Assembly (NCBI RefSeq): GCF_006345805.1
Contig: NW_021833991.1
Span: 1 to 51,618 of the forward strand
Origin: Octopus sinensis
Taxonomy: Eukaryota
Direction: 5' to 3'
DNA: 51,618 nucleotides
The stretch's first letter is position 1, and every line of letters starts with the position of its first letter. This document shows positions 1-11,641 of this stretch, in pieces. The position numbers and the translations under genes were made by a program. A model generated the notes under the pieces. The model made no database searches. It saw nothing but the letters and a program-made list of their open reading frames with translations, and was not told the DNA's origin.

Positions 1-3000
1 GTGTTTCCGTCCCCGTCACTTAGCGGTTCGGCTAAAGAGACCGATAGAATAAGTACTGGGCTTACAAAGAATAAGTCCCGCGGTCGATTTGCTCGACAAA
101 AGGCGGTGCTCCAGCATGGCCGCAGTCAAATGACTGAAACAAGTAAAAGAGTAAAAGAGAGTATATGACGTCATCATCTCTACGATTCTGATTCCCAGTC
201 CAGCGTTAATAACAGGGATGATGTTGGAACAGAAATTCATCAAGCAGCAGTGAAACTTTATCACAAACAATTTTTATCACCAAAAAAGAATTTATCTTAC
301 AGCAATGGACACTCAAGAAAGTATTGATGCATTTTACATTGAAATAAGGTTTTGGATCTTTTCGGTTTGAACGGCAGATTTTAACATAATTTCTAGGTAA
401 CTAAAAAGTTTTAAACTTCGTATGCTGATAGAATGTGTTTATAAAACATATTTATAAAACATCTTTTTCTCTTGGCTTTATTGAGAAAATTCTATAGTTT
501 GTAAGATATTTCCTGCTTTTTTTATTGCATTTCGGCAATTTCAACCAATCAATGACCGTCTATTGAGGTAAAAAGCATTCTGTGCCGTATGAATATGTCC
601 CTCGTTTAAGAAACAGATTGGGTTTATTTACATTTGTGAAGAAAAAAAGATACACTTCCCCCCACCCCTAACCCTAATCCTAAAACAGATTGAAATGCAA
701 TAGATCGATACTAGGGTCATAATTATGGGTGACAATTTCATATGACACCGCTAGAAAAAACTGCCGTTCAAACCGAAAAGATTCAATGCTTTTAGTTTGA
801 TTCGTTTTTTAGAAGCGGGAATTATTCTTTAAGTATAAAATGTAATAACAATGTTGTAGATGTTGACTACACACTGAAATATCAACGGGTACATCTTTGT
901 ACATAACATATGCATATGGAACAGGGTAGATAACTCTTAGATTACCAATGCAAAGGGAGACAAGTATGTAGTTCGGTTTGCATTTTTTAATTATTGGCAG
1001 GTTCGGCTTCGTGGAAAGAAGTTTTCTTCTCAACTACATTGGTTCCGAGTTCAGTCCCACGACGTGGCACCTTCTACTATAGCGTCAGGTTAACCAAAGC
1101 CTTGTGACTGAAGTTGGTAGACGGAAACTGAAAGAAGCCCGTCATATATATTTATGAATACGATGTCTATTTTTATTTTATTTTATTTTATCTAGTTTCA
1201 GCTCACGTGCTGTGGCTATGCTGGGGCACCGCCATTTATGTGTGTGTGTTTGTCTTCCCACCATCGCTTAGCAAAGCCTTGGGAGTGGGTTTGGTAGAGG
1301 GAAACTGAAAGAAGCCCATCATATATCCATGTTTGTCCCCCAACATCACTTGACAACCGATGCTGGTGTGTTTACGTTCCCGTAACTTAGCGGTTCGGCA
1401 AAAGAGACCGATAGAATAAGTACAAGGCTTACAAAGAATAAGTCCTGGGGTCGATTTCTTCGACTAAACCAGTAAAACAATATGATACACACGCACACAC
1501 ACGACGGGCTTCTTTCAGTTTCTGTCTACCAAATCCACTCGCAAGGATTTGCTTAACCTGAGGCTATAGTAGAAGACACTTGCTCAAGGTGCCACGCAGT
1601 GGGACTGAACCCGAGATCTATGTGGTTAGGAAGAAAGCTTCTTACCACGCAGCCATGCCTGTTAATTATATAACCTTCACCTTTTGTATCAGTCAAAGGA
1701 CTGCGACCATGCTGGAGTACCACCAGAACGGGGTCATAGTCGAACAACACGTCCCCAGTACATATTTTAAAGTCTGGTGCTTATTCTATCGAACATTTTG
1801 CCGAACCGTTGAGTTACGTGGATGTAAGCAGACCAACACCGGATGTCACCTGATCGATGCATTTAGTCGTTTCGGAAACTGTTTCGAGACGGATGGCAAT
1901 CTCATTGAATAACCTCTTGTTATGCGTATTTAAGAACGTGTCTAGCACATTCTATTAAAATATGTTGGTTTTTCTGATAAATGTGTTTGTTATCCTGAAA
2001 TAAAAACTTTGTTCTCAAATAGCTGATGCCCTCTGTGTGTTTGTGATGGGCTTCCGGGCAGTTTCCGTCAACGAATTTTACTCAATGACACTTACATATC
2101 CAAACTGTCACGCAGTGAAACTGAACTCGAAACCGCGCGGTTACAAAGCGACCTTCTTAACCACACAGCAACCGGGACCACAGTACTCAGCTTCATGGCT
2201 GCCTGGTAGCCCCGTATCTAGATTAAATACCATATTTCTTTTAGCTATAATATCAATAGCTTCTAAGGCGACGGGATTACAGAATCGATAGCGCACCGTG
2301 CAAAATGCTTTGCGGTATTTCTTCCGTCTTTATGTTTCGAGTTCAAATTCCGCCGAGGTCGACTTTACCTTTCGTCCTTTCGGTTTCGATTAAATAAGTA
2401 CCAGTTGAACACTGGGGTCGATGCAATCGACTCATCGTCTTCCCTGAACTTGTTGCCATCGTGCGAGAATTTGACACCCATTATTAATACTTTCTAGCAT
2501 AAACACAAAGCCTGAAACTTGGGTATTGGGGAAAAAGGGGATACCATTGACCAAGGGACCTTTATGTGTGTATATATATATATATACTCTTCTACTTGTT
2601 TCAGTCATTTGACTGCGGCCATGCTGGAGCACCGCCACACCAGCACCAGCTGTCAAGTGATGCTGGGGGGAAAAACACAGACACACAAACATATAGATAT
2701 ATATATATATACATATATACGACGGGCTTCTTTTCAGTTTCCGTCTACCAAATCCACTCACGAAGCTTTGGTCGGCCGAGGCTATAACAGAAGACACTTG
2801 CCCAAGGTACCACGCAGAGAGACTGAACCCGGAACCATGTGGTTGGTAAGCAAACTACTTACCACACAGCCACTCCTACGCCTATATATATATATATATA
2901 TATATATATACTATATATATAGATATATATATATATATTTATATTGTATAGGCCCCAGAAAGGATGAAATGGATATTGCCCTCGGATGGATTTGAACCCG

Positions 3001-3790
3001 GAACGTAAAGGGCTGGAACAAATATCGCAAGGTTTTTTTTTTTAGTATTTTTATTTTATTTTGACAACGCTGTAATGGTTCAGCCAGACCAAAACCGGAA
3101 GGAAATTAATTTCAAATTTTGGCACAAGGCCAGCAATTTAGGGGATGGGAGCTAGTCGATTATATCGACCCCAGTACACAACTCGTACTTATTTTATCGA
3201 CCCCAAAAGTGGGCCTCGGCAGAATAGGAACTCAGAACGTTAAGATGGACGAAATGCCGCTAACCATTTCGCTCGGCGTCCTAAAGATTCTACGCATTTC
3301 TTTTGACTTTACGTTCTGGGTTCAAATTCCACTGAGGCCGACTTCGCCTTTTATCCTTTCGGGGTCGATAAAACAAGCACCAGTCAAGCACTGGGGTCGA
3401 TGCAATAGACTTACCCCAACCCCCGAAATTGCTGGCCTTGTGCAAAAATTGAAACCAAATTATATTATTCTTTTACTTGATTCAGTCATTTAACTGCGGC
3501 AAATCGACCCCAGGACTTATTCTATATAAGCTTAGTACTTATTCTATTAGTCTCTTTTGCCGAACCGCTAACTTACAGGGACGTAAACACACCAGCATCG
3601 GTTGTCAAGTGATGTTGGGGAACAAACATATATATATATGATGGGCTTCTTTCAGTTTCAGTCTACCAAATCCACTCACAAGGCTTTGGTCGACCCGGGG
3701 CTATAGAAGACACTTGGCCAAGGTGCCACTCAGTGAGATTGAACTTGGAACCATATGATTGGTAAGCAAGCTACTTACCACACAGCCACC
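1..3790. mobile_element. Cluster of S1 and S2 SINE fragments in both orientations
   Basis: S1 pieces at about 1-160, 1010-1850, 2585-2883 and 3470-3790; S2 pieces at about 2255-2520 and 3105-3460. Confidence 0.7.
354..784. mobile_element. MITE with about 24-bp TIRs (GGATCTTTTCGGTTTGAACGGCAG)
   Basis: Left TIR 354-377, right TIR 761-784. The 8-bp flanks aaggtttt and aatgcttt match at 6 of 8 positions. Confidence 0.75.
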
Positions 3791-4360
3791 TAATATTCTG
3801 TAAGCTGGCATAATGGTTAGAGCGTCGAGGTAACCATTACTGCGAGGAAATTTATTTGGCTCTTTACATTCTGAGTTCAAATCCTGCCAAGGTCAACTTT
3901 GCCTTTCATCTCTCCGTGGTCGATAAAATAAAGTACCACTGAAGTTCAAGGATCGAATAACCCTTCCCCTCAAAATCGCTCCAGTCCTGTGCCCCAATCA
4001 GAAACAATAAATGTCATTCGTTTGTTATATAAATTAAATACGGATTCATCGTTCTTTTTTTAAAATGGTACCGAAGATACAGAACATTCAGTAATTCCAT
4101 CAGAGTTATCCCCCCCCCCCTAACAATTCGTTCCTTGCTGATCCCATAGATGGAGAAGCGGTGTGGGGGAGAATTAAGCGCTTCAATTTCCTAAGAAACC
4201 TATTTGCATAGAATTGTTTTGACTGAATGGCAGGCAGACACACAAACATTCATTGTCCTTTTTTTAATTCACAAATATGCTGTTTGCCTGTAAACTACGA
4301 TCTGTAATATTAAACCGCTGTACATTTCTTTCTATCTTTCTCTCTCTCTCAAAACCTATA

Positions 4361-4591
4361 TATTTCTTTATTGCTCACAAGGGGTTAAACACAGAGGGGA
4401 CAAACAAGGACAGACAAAGGGATTTAGTCGATTACATCGACCCCAGTGCGTAACTGGTACTTAATTTATCGACCCCGAAAGAATGAAAGGCAAAGTCGAC
4501 CTCAGCGGAATTTGAACTCGGAACGTAGCGGTAGACGAAATACGGCTACGCATTTCGCCCGGCGTGCTAACGTTTCTGCCAGCTCGCCGCC
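4361..4591 (-). mobile_element. tRNA-derived SINE family S2 (about 230 bp), full length with 16-bp TSD
   Basis: Head GGCGGCGAGCTGGCAGAAACGTTAG, B-box GAGTTCAAAT, tail GCAATAAAGAAATA. TSD tctct(c/g)aaaacctata at 4345-4360 and 4592-4607. Confidence 0.88.
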
Positions 4592-4839
4592 TCTCTGAAA
4601 ACCTATATCGCCACATTCCCATGATTTATGTGTATACACGCGCGTACAACATTCAGATATCATAAATATAACCACATCAAATGAAACCTTTAGAATCGTT
4701 TAAGATAAACAAACTGTATTCCCCTTAAGTTCCTTGTAAGTGATCCTAAGGACGAAGGAACGGAGCAGACGAGAATTATGGGCTTCAGTTTCGTATGAAG
4801 CATTTCTTTTTCAATGGAATTATGTTAAGATCGAATATA

Positions 4840-5238
4840 GGCGCAGGAGTGGCTGTGTGGTAAGTAGCTTGTTTACCAACCACATGGTTCTGGGTTCAGT
4901 CCCACTGCGTGGCACCTTGGGCAAGTGTCTTCTACTATAACCTCGGGCCGACCAAAGCCTTCTGAGTGGATTTGGTAGACGGAAACTGAAAGAAGCCCGT
5001 CGTATATATATATATATATATATATATGCGTGTGTTTGTCCCTCTAGCATCGCTTGACAACTGATGCTGGTGTGTTTATGTCCCCGTCACTTAGCGTTTC
5101 GGCAAAAGAGACCGATAGAATAAGTACTGGGCTTACAAAGAATAATAAGTCCCGGGGTCGATTTGCTCGATTAAAGGCGGTGCTCCAGCATGGCCGCAGT
5201 CAAATGACTGAAACAAGTAAAAGAGTAAAAGAGTAAGA
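4840..5238 (+). mobile_element. tRNA-derived SINE family S1 (about 400 bp, internal TA/TG microsatellite), full length
   Basis: A-box TGGCTGTGTGG, B-box-like GGTTCAGTCC, conserved core GTGGATTTGGTAGACGGAAACTGAAAGAAGCC and (GTAAAAGA)n tail. More than 20 whole or partial copies in the window. Confidence 0.85.
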
Positions 5239-7180
5239 GTAACAGGCAGCATTTTCAGGAGGGAGAAAAGACCGGAGTGGCTTCCCCTTAGTTTTCTCGT
5301 TACTTGACCACTGGCTGGCTTTTACCGAGCAGATAGATTTATGACCAATGCCGTTCCAACCACGACTGCTCCGTAGAACTTTGTAAATGGCACGCCTAGC
5401 GAAAAACTACCTTCAATCTTTCCTTTTTTAATAGTGTGGTTCACTTGATGAAGAGTCATATGTCATGCGGCCCGCTTCTCGAAAAAGGTTGCCCGTGCCC
5501 GATCTGAAATTAGATTGGGCATAACTACACAACTATGCCCCGCCTGCTTCGTGGACTTTTGGTTCCTCGTAATTTTCTGAAAATGAATAGTGATGAATAA
5601 ATATTTTTTTAGAAGTACCTTTCAGATGGTGTAGGTTCTGATCGTATTGGGATTTGTCATGGAAACAAAAACTTTCTGATGCATGGAAGAATTTGAATTC
5701 AGAATTTCTCCGACAAAAAAAAAAATTTAAAAAAAGGCAGGAGTGGCTGTGTGGTAAGTAGCTTGTTTACCAACCACATGGTTCCAGGTTCAGTCCCACT
5801 GCGTGGCACCTTGGGCAAGTGTCTTCTACTATAGCCCCGGACCGACCAAAGCCTTGAGTGGATTTGGTAGATGGAAACTGAAAGAAGCCTGTCGTATATA
5901 TATATATATATATTAAATTAGAGATAAAACCACTATTAGGCAAATCAAACAGTGAAAAACATAAGCCAATACATAAAATTAATTTAAAAATATAAAAGTT
6001 AAAAATTAAAAAATTATTTAAATAATTTAAACCTCTAAATTTTAAATATATATATATGTATGTATATTTTTATTTTTATATTTATATATTATTTTATTTA
6101 TTAATTTATTTATTTATTAATTTATTAATTTTTTTTTTTATATAAATATCAAAAGTATTAAAAGTTTAATAAAAGATAAAGAGTAAAATATATCCGGGGT
6201 CGAGTTGCTCGATTAAAGGCTGTGCTCCAGCATGGCCACAGTCAAATGACTGAAATAAGTAAAAGAGTAAAGAGTAAAAGAGAGAAGAAAATAAAAATCC
6301 ATCATTGCACAGATATAAGAAATTTTTTTATTATTTTTATGATTTACTTTATTGAGGAAAGAAAGAAAATTCTGGAATATATCCGTCAACAAACCAAACA
6401 AACAAATAAATAGTTTAAATGAGGCTCAGAGAGAATGGTAAATCTTGATTCTCTATCTAACTTTCTCTCTCTTTCTCTTCAATTTTCTCGTCTTTTGAAA
6501 GGAAAATGTAAAACACCCCCACACATACACACGCACGCAGACGAGTTTGTTTCTTTTTTTATCGGTAGAGAGGTGGAAAAAAGGCAGAACAGGGGAAAAG
6601 AAAGAATATCTCCGTTTGTGATTGTTTTTGCAAGATAATCAGATTAGTCATTCATTTTAACCCTTCAGGTGCAAGGAGGAAAGAGAAAGTAAAATATTTA
6701 GTTTTACACACAGCAAACATAAACAAAGATATGTTTCTTTTTTGTCCTCCGTTTATAAGAAAAAAATTGTTTAATCATTGAAACCCCGAGTGTGTTTAGC
6801 TGCACAAAATATCAAGGGAACAGTGATAGCATCATCAGAACCCTCACATCAAACGATAGCAATGTTGTTGAAGTTATCCAAGGAAAATTACTATAAGTCA
6901 CCTCTAACAATATTCATATGTAACATGTTAAGCCCCTAACAAATTTTTAACTGATAATATTATGATATTGTGCCTGAAATACATAAGACATACCAAGGTA
7001 TTTTACGAACTGACTGCATTTGTTATTTGATCTGCAGACTGCTTGGCATAAAATGAAGCTCCTTGTTACGATGTATTATCTTTAGCAGACTATATCATTA
7101 TACTTATATATACTTTTTACTTACTATATGCATTCAGCTCCCTAATTTTGTTCAGGTATATAAATACGTATGTGTGAGTG

Positions 7181-7226
<46 letters not shown>

Positions 7227-7572
7227 TGTGTGTGCTCACACTTCACTTTAAAATTTGTTTTGCCTGAGACACAATTTTACTTGATGAATAAACAGTCAGG
7301 TGAGACATGGAAACCCAGTCAAAATGAATCTTAAACTACATTTGGTCCTAGATTTAGTACTGACTCACACCGTCAATAAATATTCTGTTACTGTTCTGAA
7401 ACTTGCATTGAAATAATAACCTTAATTTGATACATGTTCATAAGTGTGTATGTAAGCACATGTGTTTGTACACATGTGGGTTTGAATTTATGAATTAATA
7501 GCTTTAGAAGAGGCATAGATTTAAGAAGGGGATTAATTTTCTCATGTGGGGTTGCATTGTTAAAAAGCAAAC

Positions 7573-7900
7573 TTAATCTTGTTTAGTCATACAAATATGC
7601 AACAGCTCACGACAAAATCGGTGTAATGGAAGCCCTACAACGTTGTAGAAGTCACCGTCCACAGCTTCGATGAAGGAACCAGCCAGCCCCTGGATGCTAT
7701 ACGCCCCGGCTCGTCCATTGAATTCACCAGAGTCCAGATAGCTGTTCATTATTTCGGGGGCCAGGTCTGTCATAAATACTTTGGTAACTTCGTGACATTC
7801 AGATACGCATAGCGGTGGTTTGTTGTCTTCCACAAACAGCTTCCCAACTTTCCAGGACGCGGGTGTCACAACTACCAATCCTGTTATTGCCATGTGTGAC
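7573..7900 (-). CDS. ASMTL: Exon 2 (terminal coding exon) of the Maf/YhdE-family pyrophosphatase
   Basis: Acceptor ttttatttctactccgcag|G in phase 2 restores LSG-K-SHMAITG. Encodes AGAYSIQG and GDFYNVVGLP motifs; stop TAA at 7573-7575. Spliced CDS is 696 nt, 231 aa. Confidence 0.93.
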
Positions 7901-8465
7901 CTGCGGAGTAGAAATAAAAGTGTGAACATAATATAAAGTTACAAATTTGTTGTAGAAGAGACAAAAAATTTCTAACTATATATATATATATATATAATAT
8001 ATATATATATATAATATTTTTATTATATGTAATTTTCTAGATGGTGTAATTTAATTGTTCATTTTGAATTGATAAAAGGTGTTTTTTTTCTAATATTTTA
8101 TACATATTCACTTTTACTAATTATATATATATATATATATAATATATATATATATAGTTAATCCAAACAAGAAAGCACAAAAAAACACAACGCGAGGATG
8201 TGGAACAAATATAGTATTATTGGACGCTCAGGAAAGAAGGAGGGTTTAACGTTTTGAGTGGAGCTCTTCGTCGGAAACATAGGAGAAGGAAAGATCCAGA
8301 GAAGGGAAGACAGAGGAAAAAAAATCGCCAACGGTACACACGCGGTCACATTATATATATATATTATATTGTGAAATTTGATTTAGTATTTCTAAATTGA
8401 ATTTTTTCCCTGTAAGTTAGGATTAATATTCCCTCAAATAATTATTATATATATATATATATATG

Positions 8466-8776
8466 GTAAAGTAAAGATGCCCTTCAGGCATAAATGACCA
8501 TGGGATTGCACCTAGAAAGTTCCCTTCCAAGGCATGAGTCCAGGCAAGGTTTTTTTTTTATGGAAGACCAGCAGATGCCCTTGCATACCAGCCTCCTCTC
8601 TCCACGCTACCAACATCATTCAAGGGAAAGGCAAAGGGGCCAATACAGCTTGGCACCAGTGACATTGCAACTCATTTCTACAGCTGAGTGAACTGGAGCA
8701 ATGCAAAATAAAGTATCTTGCTCAAGAACACAACACGCAGCCCAGTCCAGGAACTGAACTCACTACCTCATGATTC
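8466..8776 (-). mobile_element. SINE family S4 with a CORE-like central segment (related head at about 50372-50640, plus strand)
   Basis: TTGAGCAAGATACTTT...CAGTTCACTCAGCTGTAGAAATGAG follows a B-box-like motif. Confidence 0.5.
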
Positions 8777-9289
8777 TACAGCTGGATGCCCTTCCTAATG
8801 CTAACCACTTTACTGAGTGTGCTGGATGCTTTCTACATGTTTGTAAATAAGCATCACCACCACCACCACCACCACCACCACCACCACCAACCACCAACCA
8901 CCATCACCAACCATCACCAACACCACCACCACCACCAACCACCACCACCACCAACATCATCATACAAGTGAGGTTGTTTGTTTCCAGTCACCTATGTAAA
9001 ACGGATGTTAAACGATGATGATGATGATGTGTTTGTGTGTTTGTGTGTGAGTGTGTGCTTAGCCCTGCTCTAAGCACTCCACAGACACGTGTACCCTTAA
9101 CGTAGTTCTGAGGGGAGAATCAGCGTCACTCAGAGTGTGACAAGGCTGGCCCTTCGAAATACAGGTACAACAGAAAACATGTCTAAGCATGGGGAAATAT
9201 TACCTTGTTTGGAAACAGGTGAGGGTTGACCACAGGAAGGACACCTAACAATAGAAAAGCTACCCCAACAACTTCCACTTAAGCCATGC

Positions 9290-9687
9290 AAACCTGGCCA
9301 AAGGGTTATTACAGGTATCACAACTACAATAAATATCAAATGGAAATTATAGTTGTGATACCTATGCCGGTAGATGGTAAAAAGCACCATCCGAACGTGG
9401 CTGATGCCAGTGCCGCCTTGACTGGCTTCTGTGCCAGTGGCACATAAAAAGCATCAACTGATCGTGGCCATTGCCAGCCTCCCCTGGCACCTGTGCCAGA
9501 GGCACGTAAAAAGCACCCACTACACTCACAGAGTGGTTGGCGTTAGGAAGGGCATCCAGCTGTAGACACACTGCCAAATCAGCCTGGGCCTGGCGCAGCC
9601 TCCTGGCTTCCCAGACCCCGGTCGAACCGTCCAACCCGTGCTAGCACGGAAAACGGACGTTAAACGATGATGATGATGATGATGATG
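9290..9687 (+). mobile_element. RTE 3' UTR fragment
   Basis: Same UTR terminus and (GAT)n tail as 36989-37953. Confidence 0.7.
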
Positions 9688-10089
9688 TGTTTGTGTGTGT
9701 GTGTTTAGCCCTGCTCTAAGCACTCCACAGACATGTGTACCCTTAACGTAGTTCTCGGGGAGATTCAGCGTGACACAGAGTGTGACAAGGCTGGCCCTTT
9801 GAAATACAGGTACAACAGAAACAGGAAGAAAGAGTGAGAGAAAGTTGTGGTGAAAGAGTACAGCAGGGTTTGCCACCACCCCATGTTGAAGCCTCGAGGA
9901 GCTTTAGGACTTTCTGCTCCAATAAACACTCACAACACCCGGTCTGGGAATTGAAACTGCAATCCTATAACCACGAGTCCGTTGCCCTAACCACTGGGTC
10001 ATTGCGCCTCCACAGGTCGAAAGACACACAGATAGTGTAATAAAGAAACAGACAGGTAGACAAACACAGTGATGAATGTGAGAGAATAA

Positions 10090-10483
10090 TCTTTATATAT
10101 AAAAGTGAGGTTGTGTGGTGTCTGTCTCCTACGATTTAGATTCCTAACTACTCCCACATTTTGCGGTGCAGTGTAACCAAAACCGGGTATCTTATAGTCG
10201 TGATTCATATCGAGCCCTTCTGGTTATTAGCGAGCGTCTACGATGAGTCTACGATTAAAAAAAAAATTTACCATCAATTTTTCCCATTTTTAATGCATTT
10301 TTGGCATATATAAGGGAAGTAACTCTCTAAAAATTTATCAAATCTCAGAACGTAAAAAGCTACAGTAATCCCCCCCCCCTTGTGGTTAGCCATATTGAGA
10401 TGGCTATTATACTTTACATCTCTAAAAATACTTATATAGTTATTTCCCTTACAAACCCGAGCAACGCCGGGCGATACTGCTAG
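10090..10483 (+). mobile_element. Non-autonomous Helitron, 394 bp
   Basis: A|TC start, subterminal hairpin CCCG-AGCAACGC-CGGG, CTAG|T end, no TSD. Confidence 0.75.
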
Positions 10484-10825
10484 TGAACAATATGAAAAAA
10501 ACTGTAATTAGATAACGTCTTGCCTCTTAAGTTGGTTGTCACTTTGATATTTTTCTTATCTTTCTCACATGCCATTTAGCCACAGAGACACAAATATATA
10601 CATGTGTGTGTGTGTGTGTGTATATGCACATACATGCATGGATATATGCTGAGATACATGCACAGGCAGCCAGACAGAGAAGCAACACAGAATGAGGGCA
10701 AGAGGTTTAGATAAGCCATCACGGGCCTGTTACATGTGCAGCAATGTTATTGCAGAGGCCAGGGAAGGATGTGGGGTGATAACAGGAAGAACTTAATCCT
10801 CATCACACACACACACACACAACAC

Positions 10826-11641
10826 ATGTCGTCAACCAGGAGAATTCATCTACGAAGCAATTGCCCCAGCTCCCCTTCAGGGTTGGCGAAAGCGATGTGG
10901 TCAACAATGAAAAACCTGGCTGATGACGGTCAGGGCTGATCTGGAACCCAACCTACGAAGCAATTGCCCCAGCTCCCCTTCAGAGTTGGCAAAAGCGATG
11001 TGGTGGACAACGAAAAACCTGGCTGATGACGGTCAGGGCTGATCTGGAACCCAACCTACGAAGCAATTGCCCCAGCTCCCCTTCAGAGTTGGCAAAAGCG
11101 ATGTGGTGGACAACGAAAAACCTGGCTGATGACGGTCAGGGCTGATCTGGAACCCAACCTACGAAGCAATTGCCCCAGCTCCCCTTCAGGGTTGGCGAAA
11201 GCGATGTGGTCGACAACGAAAAACCTGGCTGATGACAGTCAGGGCTGATCTGGAACCTAACCTACGAAGCAATTGCCCCAGCTCCCCTTCAGGGTTGGCG
11301 AAAGCGATGTGGTCGACAATGAAAAACCTGGCTGATGACAGTCAGGGCTGATCTGGAACCCAACCTACGAAGCAATTGCCCCAGCTCCCCTTCAGGGTTG
11401 GCGAAAACGATGTGGTCGACAATGAAAAACCTGGCGGATGACAGTCAGAGCTGATCTGGAACCCAACCTAGGCCCCCATATCTACAGCGTTGGCCCTGGA
11501 ATAAGGAGTGGTTGGAGATCACGAGGTCGTTAGCCTCAAATTGCCAGGCCTGGTCGGCGTTTGTGAGAGATGCAGCATTGAGGATGAATGAACCCAGCTC
11601 AACCCACCCCAGGTGAATGCAGTCTCAAGACAAGACAAGAC
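10826..11641 (+). mobile_element. RTE-clade LINE 3' fragment with an internal 103-bp tandem array
   Basis: Reads EFIYEAIAPAPLQGWRKRCGRQRKTWLMTVRADLEPNLGPHIY...WNKEWLEITRSLASNCQAWSAFVRDA with a frameshift, and ends in a (CAAGA)3 tail. Confidence 0.75.
10851..11470 (+). repeat. Minisatellite, six copies of a 103-bp unit
   Basis: Units start at 10851, 10954, 11057, 11160, 11263 and 11366; only a few substitutions between units. Confidence 0.95.

Noticed and set aside
666-683. CCCTAA telomere-like repeats
   Set aside because: Only three imperfect units, internal to a MITE.
10851-11470. Regular array that might suggest CRISPR
   Set aside because: Units are contiguous 103-bp copies with no unique spacers and derive from an RTE ORF in a eukaryotic intron.
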